Source: Chiloscyllium plagiosum
Taxonomy: Eukaryota
Length of the DNA stretch: 39,344 bases
Assembly (NCBI RefSeq): GCF_004010195.1
Contig: NC_057720.1
Span: forward strand, 26,134,572-26,173,915
Reading direction: 5' to 3'
Shown: positions 11,506-22,752 of the stretch, in pieces
Layout: each line of letters starts with the position of its first letter
How positions within the stretch are numbered: the stretch's first letter is position 1
The notes under the pieces: model-generated
What the model was told of the DNA's origin: nothing
What the model saw: the letters and a program-made list of their open reading frames with translations, nothing else
Databases searched by the model: none
Program-made: the position numbers and the translations under genes

Positions 11506-13285
11506 ACATAGAACATAGAACATAGAACATTATAGCACAGTACCCTTCAGCCCTTGATGTTGTGCCGACCTGTGAAACCAATCTGAAGTCCATCTAACCT
11601 ACACTATTCCATTTTCATCCATATATTTATCCAAGGACCATTTAAACGCCCTTAAAGTTGGCGAGTCTACTACTGTTGCAAGCAGGTCATTCCACACCCC
11701 TACTACTCTTTAAGTAAAGAAACTATCTCTGACATCTGTCCTATAACCATCACCCCTCAACTTAAAGTTATGTCCCCTCATACTCACCATCACCATTCAA
11801 AGGAAAAGGCTCTCACTGTCCACCCTATCTAATCCTCTTATTATCTTATATGTCTCAATTAAGTCACCTCTCAACCTTCTTCTCTAGAATGAAACCAGCC
11901 TCAAGTCAAATTAGAATCCCTACACAGTGGAAACAGGCCCATCAGCCCAACAAGTCCACACTGACCCTCCGAAGACTATCCCACCCAAACCCATTCCCCT
12001 ACATTTTCCCCTAACTAATGCATCTAACCGACACATCCCTGAACATTACGGGCAATTTAGCATAGCCAATTCACCTAATCTGCACATCTTTGGATTGTGG
12101 GAGGAAACCCACGCAGACATGGGGAGAATGTGCAAACTCCACACAGACAGTCACCCGAGGCTGATATCAAACCCAGGTCCCTGGTGCTGTAAGGCCACAG
12201 TGCTAACCATTGAGTCCCTGTGCTGCACCCTCCCTCAGCCTTACATGACCTTCCCTCCATACCAGGCAACATCCTAGTAAATCTCCTCTGAACACTTTCC
12301 AAAGCTTCGACATCCTTCCTATAATGCGGTGACCAGAACTGTTTTCAATACTCCAAGTGCGGCCGCCCCAGAGTTTTGTACAGCTGCAACATGACCTCGT
12401 GGCTCTGAATCTCAATCCTTCTACCAATTAAAGGTATTACACTGTATGCTTTCTTAAAAACCCAATCAACCTGGGTGGCAACTTCCAGGGGTCTACGTAC
12501 ATAGAAGTCAACTCACACTTTTCCACATTAAACTCCATTTGCCACCTCTCAGCCTAGCTTTGCAGCTTATCTATGTCCCTCTATAACCTGCAATATCCTT
12601 TGACACTATCCAAAACTCCACCAACCTTAGTATCATCCACAAATTTACTAACCCATCTTTCTACACCCTCATCGTGGCCATTTATAAAAATGACAAACAG
12701 CATCTGGCCCCAAAACAGATCCTTGTGCCATACCACTACTAATTGAGCTCCAGGATGAACATTTCCCATCAACTACCGCACTCTGTCTTCTTTCAGCTAG
12801 CCAATTTCTGATCCAAATCACTAAATCACCCTCAGTACCATGGCACCGTATTTTCCGCAATCGCCTACCATAGGGAACCTTATCAAACACCTTACTGAAA
12901 TTCACATCAACCTCTTTACCCTCATCCACCTGTTTGGTCACCTTTTCAAAGAACTCAATAAGGTTTGTGAGGCATGACCTACCCTTCACAAAATCGTGTT
13001 GACTAACCTTAATCAACTGATTCCTTTCTAGGTGATTAAAACTCCAATCTCTTATAACCATTTCCAACAGTTTACCCACAACTGAAGTAAGGCTCACTGG
13101 TCTATAATTACCAGGGTTGTCTCTACTCCCCTTCTTGAACAACATTTGCTATCCTCCAGTCTTCTGGCACTATTCCTGTAGACAATGGTGACATAAAGAA
13201 CAAAGCCAAAGGTTCTGCAATCTCCTTCCTGGCTTCCCAGAGAATCCTTGGATAAATCCCATTCGGCCCAGGAGACTTATCTATA
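11506..13285 (-). mobile_element. 5'-truncated CR1 LINE (RT to 3' tail), interrupted by a SINE
   Basis: (ACATAGA)n tail at 11506. ORFs 12669-13145 (NYRPVSLTS, FSKVFDKVP, QGSVLGP) and 12581-12772 (SKFVDDTK). Confidence 0.95.
11908..12230 (-). mobile_element. tRNA-derived V-SINE (HE1-like) nested in CR1
   Basis: Core tgtgtggagtttgcacattctcccc, tRNA-like head and CR1-like tail. CR1 sequence resumes on both sides. Confidence 0.9.
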
Positions 13286-13439
13286 TGGTAATATTTTTTC
13301 AAGTAGTAATATGCCAGGGAAGTGATCCTTATCGGAGAGACACATCTGGATGTGTAACTTTCTGTGGCATCAGGAGACTGGTGGATGATGGTATGCCCTG
13401 TTTCCCTCTAAGTAATCTGCCATTCTCTTTGATTACAGG

Positions 13440-13610
13440 ATGGTACCACTGACAGACTCAGACTTTGCCAAAATCTCACTTCTATCCCCAGAAACAATGA
13501 ACTTTACTAGGGTCAACAACAGTGGGAAGGTGGGTAAAACCCTGATATAATTGCCCAAGTGTGTTTTATACCATTGCGGCTAATCTCACCCTGTAATGTA
13601 AATAACAAAG
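13440..13610 (-). pseudogene. Decayed Ig I-set-like domain relic
   Basis: One frame reads FVIYITG*D*PQWYKT...LLLTLVKFIVSGDRSEILAKSESVSG. The G..P.WYK C-strand and the D-x12-G spacing of DxGxYxCxAxNxxG are preserved. Confidence 0.5.
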
Positions 13611-14084
13611 TCATTAGCTGACACCAAGGTTGCACTGATATAATTATAGAATCACTTAACACACAAGATTGGCTAATGAAATGAATAGAAGTACAGTGAG
13701 AGCATTTTTAAACTGAGAGTCAATGAACCAGTTAGTGGCAAAACCTCTTCACATATCAGAACTTAGCGTATTTTATCAGGAGGCACAAGGAATTCCATTT
13801 GTTTTGTTGGACAAAACTATTAATATGGTAATGAGAGCGAACTGTTTTTAATGTAAACCAATTAGGGATTAGGTTATTAGCTCCTTTAAAATGCCAGTCA
13901 TTACTGCACTGGAAACTAACAAACATGGAATGTGCTTTAATTTTTTTTAAAAAGTGTTAAAAATATTGACCAATGTGGAGTCTAAATGTATCATCTCAAA
14001 TTATATTATTGCGACTAACAATTAGTTTCATGCTGGAACTCAGTGATCATTATTGTGTAAGCAATTACAGAAACATTCTGAAAT

Positions 14085-14278
14085 AAAACAAAGATTGCAG
14101 ATACTGGAGATCTGAAAAAAGAGAAATCGCTAAAGAAACTCAACTGGTCTGGCAGCATCTGTGGAGAGAAAGCAGAGTTAACAGAGAAAGGCCCCAGGTC
14201 AGAAAACATTCAGTCATTTTTCTCTCCGCAGATGCCACCAGACCTGCTGAGCTTCTCCAGGAATTTCCATTTGTTTGT
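14085..14278. mobile_element. Fold-back (inverted-arm) short PLE-derived element
   Basis: Left arm aaactcaactggtctggcagcatctgtggagaga is complementary to right arm tctctccgcagatgccaccagacctgctgagctt. Confidence 0.75.
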
Positions 14279-14279
14279 C

Positions 14280-14395
14280 ACAGCAGCCATTTTTCCCAAC
14301 ACGTTCCAAGGGTAGCAATATTACAGTTACTCTATTATTCTAGTGGAAAGGAAAACAGTAGCTACAGCAGTGTGAGACTTCTTGGTGCTCCTTTG
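14280..14395 (-). pseudogene. Decayed Ig I-set-like relic (F-G strands)
   Basis: 14323-14291 reads *YCYPWNVLGK, matching YxCxAxNxxG with single-base changes (TAA<-TAY, CCT<-GCT). Possibly continues as NVSVI beyond the fold-back insertion. Confidence 0.55.
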
Positions 14396-14404
14396 AATAT
14401 ACAA

Positions 14405-15255
14405 TCTGTATTTATAATGCATCATTAATATTACAAGACTTTTCAAGTTGTTTCACAGTAGCCTTATAAGACAAGTTATGGCACTGAGTCACCTATGGAG
14501 GTTTTAGGTCAGATCAGATATTGCTCGGAGGGTTGGTGCAGATTTGATATGCTGAATGGCCTGCTTCCACACTGTAGAGATTCTATGATTCTGTGAAAAT
14601 CAAAGTTATGGGGACTGTAGCCCAGACTTAGGATCGAGGCTACCTAAGGTGCTGCCACCAAGGTGCCACCAAGGTTTAAAAAAACAAGAAGGAAATAAGT
14701 GGAGATATCTCTGTGGATTGTGGAGATTAAAGCGATTGGGAGGGGTGAAGGCATGGACAGATTGAAAATGAGGAATGAGATTTGAAAAATCAAGTTGTTG
14801 CTTGACTGGGAGCCAAGCTGGATTTGGCTGGATTTGGGGTGTCACGGTGGCTCAGTAATTAACACTGCAACTTCACAGAATCAGGGACCCAGGTTTGGTT
14901 ATGCCTTTGCGTGACTGTGTGGAGTTTGCGCATTCTCCCTGTGTCTGCATGGGGTTCCTCCCACAATCACAAAGATGTGCAGGTTAGGTGCATTGGCCAT
15001 GCTAAATTACCCATCGCAATCAGGGATGTGTAGGTGAGTGAATTGGCCATGGGAAATGCTGGGTTTTGGGGATAGGGTAGGGGGTGGGTCTGGGCAGGAT
15101 GCTTTTCGGAAGGTTGGTGTGGACTCGATAGCCTGCTTCTACACTGTAGAGCTTCTATGATGATTCAATGTTGATCATCTAGAACCAGGGTGGACAGGTC
15201 AACAGGATGTGGTACAAATTAAGATGTAGGCAGTGGTGGGTTGGATGATTATATG
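14405..15255 (-). mobile_element. Decayed L2-like LINE 3' region, interrupted by SINEs
   Basis: Antisense L2-like segments (ggcatggacagattgaaaatgaggaatgaga...ttgactgggagcca) lie on both sides of the 14836-15165 SINE. Confidence 0.45.
14836..15165 (+). mobile_element. tRNA-derived V-SINE (HE1-like)
   Basis: Head cacggtggctcag, core gtgtggagtttgcgcattctccc, aaagatgtgcaggttagg, tail ctatgatgatt. Confidence 0.9.
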
Positions 15256-15381
15256 CTATAGAATATTTAATTTCTGTCCAAAGAACCCTTTCAAAAGACA
15301 TTCAATCTAAGGGCAATGTCTCAGACAATATATCATTCCTTCATTGCAAGAGCAGCAGCCATACTGTAAGCAAATTACAGA

Positions 15382-15757
15382 AAACCTTATAGAGTTTTAT
15401 AAAATCATGAGCATGGATAGGATAAATAGACAAAGTCTTTTCCCTGGGATGGGGGAGTCCAGAACTAGAGGGCATAGGTTTAGAGTGAGAAAGGGAAAGA
15501 TGTAAAAGAGACCTAAGGGGCAACGTTTTCATGCAGAGGGTGGTACGTGTACGGAATGAGCTGTCAGAGGAAGTGGTGGAGGCTGGTACAATTGCGACAT
15601 TTAAAAGGCATCTGGATGGGAATATGAATAGGAAAAGTTTGGAGGGATTTGGGCCGGGTGCTGGCAGGTGGGACTAGATTGGGTTGGGATACCTGGTCGG
15701 CATAGATGTGTTGGACTGCAGGGTCTGTTTCTATGCTGAATGTTTCTATGACTCTAT
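15382..15757 (+). mobile_element. CR1 LINE 3' end
   Basis: Reads ...SRTRGHRFRV...VFMQRVVRVRNEL, then 3' UTR and ctatgactcta tail. Same subfamily as 38180-38632. Confidence 0.9.
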
Positions 15758-15769
15758 TACAAATAGGGA

Positions 15770-16607
15770 TATCCCCTGCCACGTACGCGGCGAATACTCA
15801 AGTGACTCGGCCAATGTGATCTATCTCATACGCTGCAGGCAAGGATGCCCTCAGGCATGGTACATTTGTGAGACTGAGCAGACACTATAAGAATGGATGA
15901 ATGGTCACCGTACAACATTACCAAGAGGTGTTCCCTCCCAGTTGCCAAACAACTCAGCGGTTCCGGACATTCAGCCTCAGATCTTCAGGTGACCATTCTC
16001 CAAGATACACACACACACACACACCTCCGCACTCACACTGACACACACGCCCTCTCATACATACCCATCACACTCACACGCACACTTAACCAAGATACAT
16101 ATATACACACACATTCAATCACATGCACTCACATCTACACGCATACTCTCACATACGTATTCAATCTGTCACTCCCTACATGCGCACACATATAAACTTA
16201 TGGGGTGAATTTGTTTTTGCAGAATTACATTTTATTCTGCTGCATGAATCTATGTAAAACTCTGTAGACCTATATAGAGGGTTTGTCAGTCTGACATCGC
16301 ATTAGGACACCGACTTCACACCTATTGTTTAAAAAGCTGAACTATCTTGAGAATGTAATTTAAAAGAAGTTCTGGAATTTACATATTGAAGAACAGAAAC
16401 CAGCATATCCCATTCTAAAAGGTGAAAGTTTTAATGTAAAGATTATTTGCTGTATCACATCTCCATGACACCGGACGCCTTTAGCTAGAAATTCTGTGAG
16501 TATGATCTTAACCTCCACAACCACCTGATGAAGGAGCAGAGTTCTGAAAGCTAGTGCTTCCAAATAAACCTGTTGAACTATAACCTTGAGTTGTGTGATA
16601 TTTAACT
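15770..16607 (+). mobile_element. Penelope-like element 3' part (GIY-YIG endonuclease, CA-rich tract, hammerhead-bearing pLTR)
   Basis: ANVIYLIRCRQGCPQAWYICETEQTL is a GIY-YIG motif. (CA)n-rich stretch at 16006-16195. CTGATGA...GAAA core at 16525-16549. Confidence 0.85.
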
Positions 16608-16624
16608 CAGAAAATGAGTTTTTT

Positions 16625-16749
16625 TTTTAGATTAGATTACTTATGGGGAGAATGTGCAAACTCCACACAGTCAGTCGCCTGAGGCGGGTATTGAACCCGG
16701 GTCTCTGGCGCTGTGAGGCAGCAGCGCTAACCACTGTGCCACCGTGCCG
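16625..16749 (-). mobile_element. Internally deleted V-SINE (head joined to tail)
   Basis: (TTAGA)n tail directly abuts ggggagaatgtgcaaactccacac...ccactgtgccaccgtgcc. Confidence 0.85.
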
Positions 16750-17349
16750 TTAACATTTCTCAACCACATAAGCAACTAATTCAAATACTTGTCATCACTT
16801 ATCCGTATCTCTTCACCCCTTTACCTTTACCTTTATCCATCTTTTATAATGATTTTCAGCATCTGCTCCTTTCTATCACATTGCAGCTCCCTTTAAGTAG
16901 GCCAAGCAAGTTTTAACTTGAGATAGCTTCTCAGGATTTCACACCTCCTATTCCATCGGTCATCATTCAACAGTGGGCTTTGTGCTGGCTGCACACTGTA
17001 AACATTTAAATTAGCTGGCAGTGTGACATTTTAGTCCTGTCCAATTTCACAGGCATACAATCTAATCAACAATGTTGACATAAATTCTGCCTCAAACACT
17101 GAACCAGGAAATGAATTCCACCGCCTCCCCAATTTTAATCGCCGAATTCTTCATGTGAAGAGGTTTTTCATATCCTCTGTTCCAGATCTCACATTTAATA
17201 TTTTATCAATGTCTCCTTGTTGGACTCCCAACACAGAATACAGAAGTGCTTGCAATTTAGCCGAGCTAACAACTCTCCCAATGGAACAGTACATTTATCC
17301 AATGATACGACTGGCCTTTAAAGTACAGTGTACTTTTCTTTTCTCTTAC

Positions 17350-17470
17350 CAGTACTGTAGTTACTGGCGTAATGGAGGCAATGAAAAATGAAAGCAAGAC
17401 TTTCCCACAACACTTTGGAGATATTCCCAGAGGAATTATGGAACTGTAAAATAAATTAGGTTCTTCGGAG
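17350..17470 (-). pseudogene. Decayed Ig I-set-like relic (first half), ending at a splice donor
   Basis: GKVLLSFFIASITPVTTVL is similar to xGxPxPTVxW and is immediately followed by the donor TG|GTAAGA (17349-17344). Confidence 0.4.
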
Positions 17471-17861
17471 TTGTACGTGTAATCTCCCATTTCTGTCACA
17501 CTCAGAAACAAATGAGGGACTTTTCTGATATGAGTTGAGAGCCCAGTTAAGTGCACTCCACCTTCACAGATATTACTATTGGAATAGAGGATGACTTGTA
17601 AAAATTAAAAGAAATCTCAATCGCCTGAGCTCCGTGTGCACCAGGGACTTCCGGAACCACAAGTCAATGGTGGGAGCAGTGTTGGGATGTCAATCATCAT
17701 GCATGACCCCTCAGAGTGTCAGCACATATCTAGACATTACTGCCTGGTTTGATGATTCCTCAACTCATTTAAAAGTAACTTAAATCTCCGTCTGAAGCAC
17801 TGTAATCTATAAGGCTAAGGACCATGTGCTGGGAAATGGGATTAGAATAGGCAGATAATTG

Positions 17862-18770
17862 AGTGTCATAGAGTCATACAGCATAGAAACAGCCCGTTTG
17901 GCCTATGCTGACCAATAAACACCAACCTACACTAATCCCATCTACCTTCATTTGGTCCCTAGCCTACTATGCCGTGGCATTTGAAGTGCTAATTGACATG
18001 TTTCCGAAATGTTGTGAGAGTTCCTGCCTCCACCACCCTCTCACGCAATACATTCCACATGTCTACCAGCCTCTGGAAGAAAATGTTCCTCCTCAGATCT
18101 CTTCTAAATCAATTACTCCTCACCTCAAACTTATGCCCTCTGGTCTTGGACATGTCTGACATTTAAGATCTACTCTATCTATGCCTCTCATAATTCTGTA
18201 TATCTCAGTTAGATCCCACCCCTCATCCTTGGCATCCTCTGCTCCAGCCGACTTCAGATAGGCTAAAATAAACCCAGCCTATCTAGTGTCTCTTATAACT
18301 GATATTTTCCATCCCAGGTACATCCTGGGGAATCTCATCTGCACCTATGATTCCTCCAGTGGAATCATACCCATCTGATAGTGTGGTGACTAGAGCTGTG
18401 CATGGTATTCTATCTGTGGCCTTATTAATGGCTCTGCAAAAACTTCTTGGTTCCTACATTCTACTCCTGGTTAACAAAGGCCAGCATCTTGTATGCCTTC
18501 TTCACTACCTTGTCTACCTGTGCTGACACCTTCAGGGATCTATGAACTTGTACACCAAGGTTTCTTTGTTCCTCAGTACTGCATAGGGAACTACCATTCA
18601 TTGCAAATGTACTTCCCTTATTAGACCTCCCAAAATACAACACCCTGCACTTCTCAGGATTAAACTCCATCTGCCATTGCTGTACCCAATTTACCAGCTG
18701 ATCGATATCAGACTGTAATCTGAGATTATCCTCTTCATTACAGTCTTCAATGGCTTTCAATGTCAGTCCA
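17862..18770 (-). mobile_element. CR1 LINE 3' part
   Basis: (CATAGAGT) tail. ORF 18461-18790 contains LQSDIDQL..W..QWQMEFNPEKC...VVKKAY.ML. Confidence 0.9.
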
Positions 18771-18869
18771 TCTTTCCTTACACAATGCAAGGGTAGTGGT
18801 TTAGATCATTCCAGCTGCAGTCTGACTAGTACCTTGTGCAGTTTGAGGAAAACCTCCATGTTTTTATAC

Positions 18870-19075
18870 AAAACAAAGCAACCCAAAGAACTCCAGATGC
18901 AGGAAATCAGGAGCAATAACAGAAATTGCTGTGGAAACTCAGCAGGTCTGGCAGCTTCTGCGGAGAGAGAAACAAGAGTTAATGTTTTGGGGCCCTGAAA
19001 TGCTCACCCTGTTATCTTTCCACAGATGCTGCCTGACCTGCTGCGTTTCTACAGCAATTTCTGTTATTGCTCGCT
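18870..19075. mobile_element. Fold-back short PLE-derived element
   Basis: gagcaataacagaaattgctgtggaaactcagcaggtc is complementary to gacctgctgcgtttctacagcaatttctgttattgctc. Confidence 0.8.
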
Positions 19076-19470
19076 ATTTTGATATTTGCTTTTCCTTAAA
19101 ATAAAGGCCAACGGTCATTGTTGTCATCTCCATTACCCACCGAACTTGGATGCTAGTTTGATGTGATTCTTACATTAAATCTCCCAAATCCTCTGTGCTG
19201 CAGCTTTCTCTATTTAAATAATATTCAGCTCCCCTATTCTTCCTGCCAAAGTGCATAACCTCAGATTTTCCCACATTATATCTCACCTAACAGTGTTTTT
19301 GCTTATGCACTTAACCTGTTTTAATCCCTCTGTAGACGTTTTTGTGTCATCGTCACCACTTCTCTTCTCACCTCTTTTGTGCAATTTACAAACTGGACGA
19401 CAGTACATTCACTTCCCTCATTTGTTAATATGTATTGTAAATAATTGTAGCCACAGCACTAATCCTTGTG

Positions 19471-19976
19471 GATTAGTGGTGCTGGAAGAGCACAGCAATT
19501 CAGGCAGCATCCGAGGACAGGCAAAATCGACGTTTCGGGCAAAAGCCCTTCATCAGGAATAAAGGCAGAGAGCCTGAAGCATGGAGAGATAAGCTAGAGG
19601 AGGGTGGGGGTGGGACCTGGGAGTTGCAATGAGAGAGAGACTCCCTGAGATTCTTGTAGAGAGAAGAGGAAAACTTCTTCAAGGCAGGCATCCTTGCAAG
19701 AGGATTCGCAGTAGGGTTAAAATCAACGAGGTAAAAACAATGACTGCAGATGCTGGAAACCAGATTCTGGATCAGTGGTGCTGGAAGAGCACAGCAATTC
19801 AGGCAGCATCCGAGGAGAGACCGCATCGTGAGCAACGGATACAATAGATGATATTAGTGGATGTGCAGGTAAAACTTTGATGGATGTGGAAGGCTCCTTT
19901 AGGGCCTTGGATGGAGGTGAGGGAGGAGGTGTGGGCACAGGTTTTACAGTTCCTGCGGTGGCAGGGGAAAGTGCCA
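19471..19976 (-). mobile_element. Penelope-like element fragment: GIY-YIG start and duplicated pLTR with an intact hammerhead core
   Basis: GTFPCHRRNCKTC...FTCTSTNIIYCIRCSRCGL. The pLTR segment occurs twice (19471-19517 and about 19770-19817). Confidence 0.9.
19524..19561 (-). ncRNA. Minimal type I hammerhead ribozyme motif
   Basis: Minus strand attc-CUGAUGA-A-GGGC-uuuu-GCCC-GAAA-CG-UC-gatt: complete catalytic core, 4-bp stem II and palindromic mini stem III, as known for PLE hammerheads. Confidence 0.75.
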
Positions 19977-20477
19977 TTACTGTCTTCTTCTATCCAAATC
20001 TTTTTCCATGTTAATATGCTACCATTAACCCCATGGACTCTTACTAAGTAGCCTTCTACTTTGTATGTTATGAAATGCCTTTTAGAAATCTGAATAGAGT
20101 ACATCCTACTTTAATCCATATTTCTCCCTCCTCAAAAACTGTAATGAATTTGTCAGCTATGATTATCCCTTCATGAAGCTATGCTGAATCTGTGTTTCTA
20201 AATGCACTGTTATTATAACCTTTTAAAAACAGACTTAGCCTTTTTCCAATGACAGATACTAATTGAACTGGCTTGTATTTCCCTGTGTTTTGTCTCTGTC
20301 CCTTTATGAATATGAGTGTTACACTGACAGTTTTCTGGGAATGGTTCCTGAATTTAAGAATTGTTTAAAGAAAACTGTCAGTGCACTGAGTATCCCTCTA
20401 ACTACTTCCTTTAAAATCCTAGGATGCAACCCATCAGGTTCAGGGCATATATCTTTATCCCCATTAATTTCCTTAGT

Positions 20478-20640
20478 ACATAAGAACATAATGAATAGGA
20501 GTCTGGCCTTTCGAGACTGCTCGGCCATTCAACAAGATGATGGTTGATCTTTTCATGGACTCAGTTCCACTTACCCGCCCACTCACCATAACTTTTCTTC
20601 TATTAGTATTGTAAAATCTATCTTTGACTTAAAAACATTC
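20478..20640 (-). mobile_element. CR1 3' end (different subfamily)
   Basis: acataagaacata tail followed by ggcctttcgagactgctcggccattc. Confidence 0.7.
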
Positions 20641-20644
20641 AGTG

Positions 20645-21990
20645 CAGAAACTCGGGAGCTGGTAAGGGTTATGAATCTAGCGCAGTGTAGATTTCAGGCC
20701 GATTCATACCGGGGGCGGGAGGAGAGTTGTTGGTGGTGGTGGAGGGGAGGGGTGCTGCCTGGGAGACACAGAAACCAGTAAAGGTGATAGATTTCGGGCC
20801 TAGTCAGACAGGGGCTTATCTGGGAGCTGGCACTAGTCAGAGGTTGAGACTCGGGAATCGGTGAGGGACTAAACAGCTTCTGGTGAGAGAGATAGCGCGG
20901 GATCCCAGAGTGATGGCACGGTCAAGGTGGTGAGTGGCTGTTAGGATAACTCTTTAAATTTTCTTATTCTAATAAAATAACATGTTGAAATTACCATTCT
21001 TACTAGTCAACTGTTAGTGTGTGCTAGTGAGAATTAGATTAAGTTTTCTTGTGGGTAATTTTTAGGTTAATTAAAGAAAAGGCAGACCAGTTCCTTCAAG
21101 CGGTATGCTCCACCAAGAACATGTGGGAGTTCTGATGCTGATGCATGCAGAAGGTGCTATTAGTACCTCCAACACGACTGGTGATTTATGGAGTGCGAGC
21201 GAGATCTGGAGTCACTAAGGAGCATTCGGGAGAATGAGAATTATGTAAAGGGAGTGTATGAGGGTGGTGGTTACCCCACAGTGTAAAAGGGCACAGGAGG
21301 ATAGGGAATGGGTGACCATCATAACCAAGCATAAGGCGAGGCAGGCAATACAGGAGTCCCCTAAGGCCATCCCAATAGCCAACCAGTACTCTGTGCTGAG
21401 TTCTGGTGATGGTTATAATGCCTCAGGGAATTGCAGCCAAAGCAAAACCGCAGCACAGCAGGATGCACAGCTGCACAGACAGGGGAGAAAAAGGCCGTTA
21501 GGGCTATAGTAATAGGAGAATGAATTGTTAGGGGAACAGAGAGGTGTTCTGCAGCCAGTCCAGTGACAACAGGATGGTGTGTTGCGTCCCAGGTGCAAGG
21601 ATTCTGAGCGACTGGAGGGTATTTTACGTGGGGGTGAAGAGAAGCAGCCAGTGGTCGTGGTACATGTTGATACCAACGACATAGTTAATCAGAGGGATGA
21701 GATTCTGAAGGCTGAATTTAGAGAGTTAGGAACCAGATTGAAAGCCAGGATCTCAAAGGCAGTAATCTCCAGATTACTACCTGTGCCATGTGCTGGTGAG
21801 GCTAGGAATTGGCAGATTAGGCAGTTTAATAGGTGGCTGGGGGAGAGGTATAGGATAGCGGGATGGTCTTCACCCAAACAGTGACGGGATCAATATTCTT
21901 GTGGGTAGGTTTGCTAGTATTGTTAGGTGGACAGTAAACTAGTTTGGCAGGGGGATGGGAACCAAAAGGGAGGCTCTGAATTAGCCAGAG
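20645..21990 (+). mobile_element. CR1 5' UTR and decayed ORF1 (SGNH esterase-like)
   Basis: VVVHVDTNDI...LKAEFRELGTRLK...VISRLLPVP...FNRWL, with an upstream IPIANQYSVL motif. Confidence 0.85.
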
Positions 21991-22218
21991 TGGGTGAGGG
22001 TTTAAGGAAAAAGAGAATCAAGGTAGTAAATAAAACACAAGAACCAGCTGAGCAGTGCAACACTCAGGTAAATTGAAATTAGGTAGTGACAGGAAAAGTG
22101 AGATTGTTTAAAAACAGAGATTCTTCTTTCCCCCATCTCTACAGTAGCCCCTTGATTGCTCAGTGTTTTTTGAATGTACTTCATATCCTCCATCATGAAG
22201 ACTGATGCAATGCATTTC

Positions 22219-22752
22219 GAGTCATAGAGTAATACAGCTATACAGCATGTGAACAGACCCTTTGGCTCAACTCATCCATGCCGACCAGTATCTCAAATTA
22301 ATTTAGTCCCATTTGCTATTGGTCCTAGGGAGGGTTGCTGAATAAAGAGACCTTGGAGGGCAAGTTGAGTCCTTGAAAGTAGAGTCACAGGTAGATAGGG
22401 TAGTGAAGAAGCCATTTGGTATGCTTTCCGTTATTGGTAAGAGTATTGAGTACAGGAGTTGGGAGGTCATGTTGTAGCTGTACAGGACATTGGTTAGACC
22501 ACTTTTGGAAAATTGCATGCAATTCTGGTCTCCCTCCTATCAGAAGGATGTTGTGAAACTTGAAATCAGAAAGGATTTACAAGGATGTTGCCAGAGTTGG
22601 AGGATTTGAGCTATAGGGAGAGGCTAAATAGGCTGGGGCAGTTTTCCCTGGAGCATCGGAGGCTGAGGGGTGACCTTATAACATCATGAGGGGCATGGAT
22701 AGGATAACTGGACAAAGTCTTTTCCCTGGGGTGGGCAAGTCCAGAACTAGAA
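22219..22752. mobile_element. CR1 with 5' inversion (3' tail on minus strand, RT C-terminus on plus strand)
   Basis: 22219-22318 is an antisense 3' UTR/tail. 22321-22752 is sense ORF2 (VVKKPFGML...LYRTLVRPLLE...). Confidence 0.8.

Larger units (their letters stand above)
19085..20478 (-). mobile_element. Old CR1 RT fragments, interrupted by a PLE
   Basis: PEPDGLHPRILKEV (20319-20528 ORF), VHGVNGSILTW and other degenerate RT motifs flank 19471-19976. Confidence 0.7.

Noticed and set aside
11927..12277. Recurrent METGP...GRMCKLHTDS ORFs (also 34525-34815 and 36553-36849)
   Set aside because: Antisense translations of the SINE.
15290..15380. YGCCSCNEG as another Ig F-strand motif
   Set aside because: Spacing is off by one and there are no supporting upstream Ig motifs.
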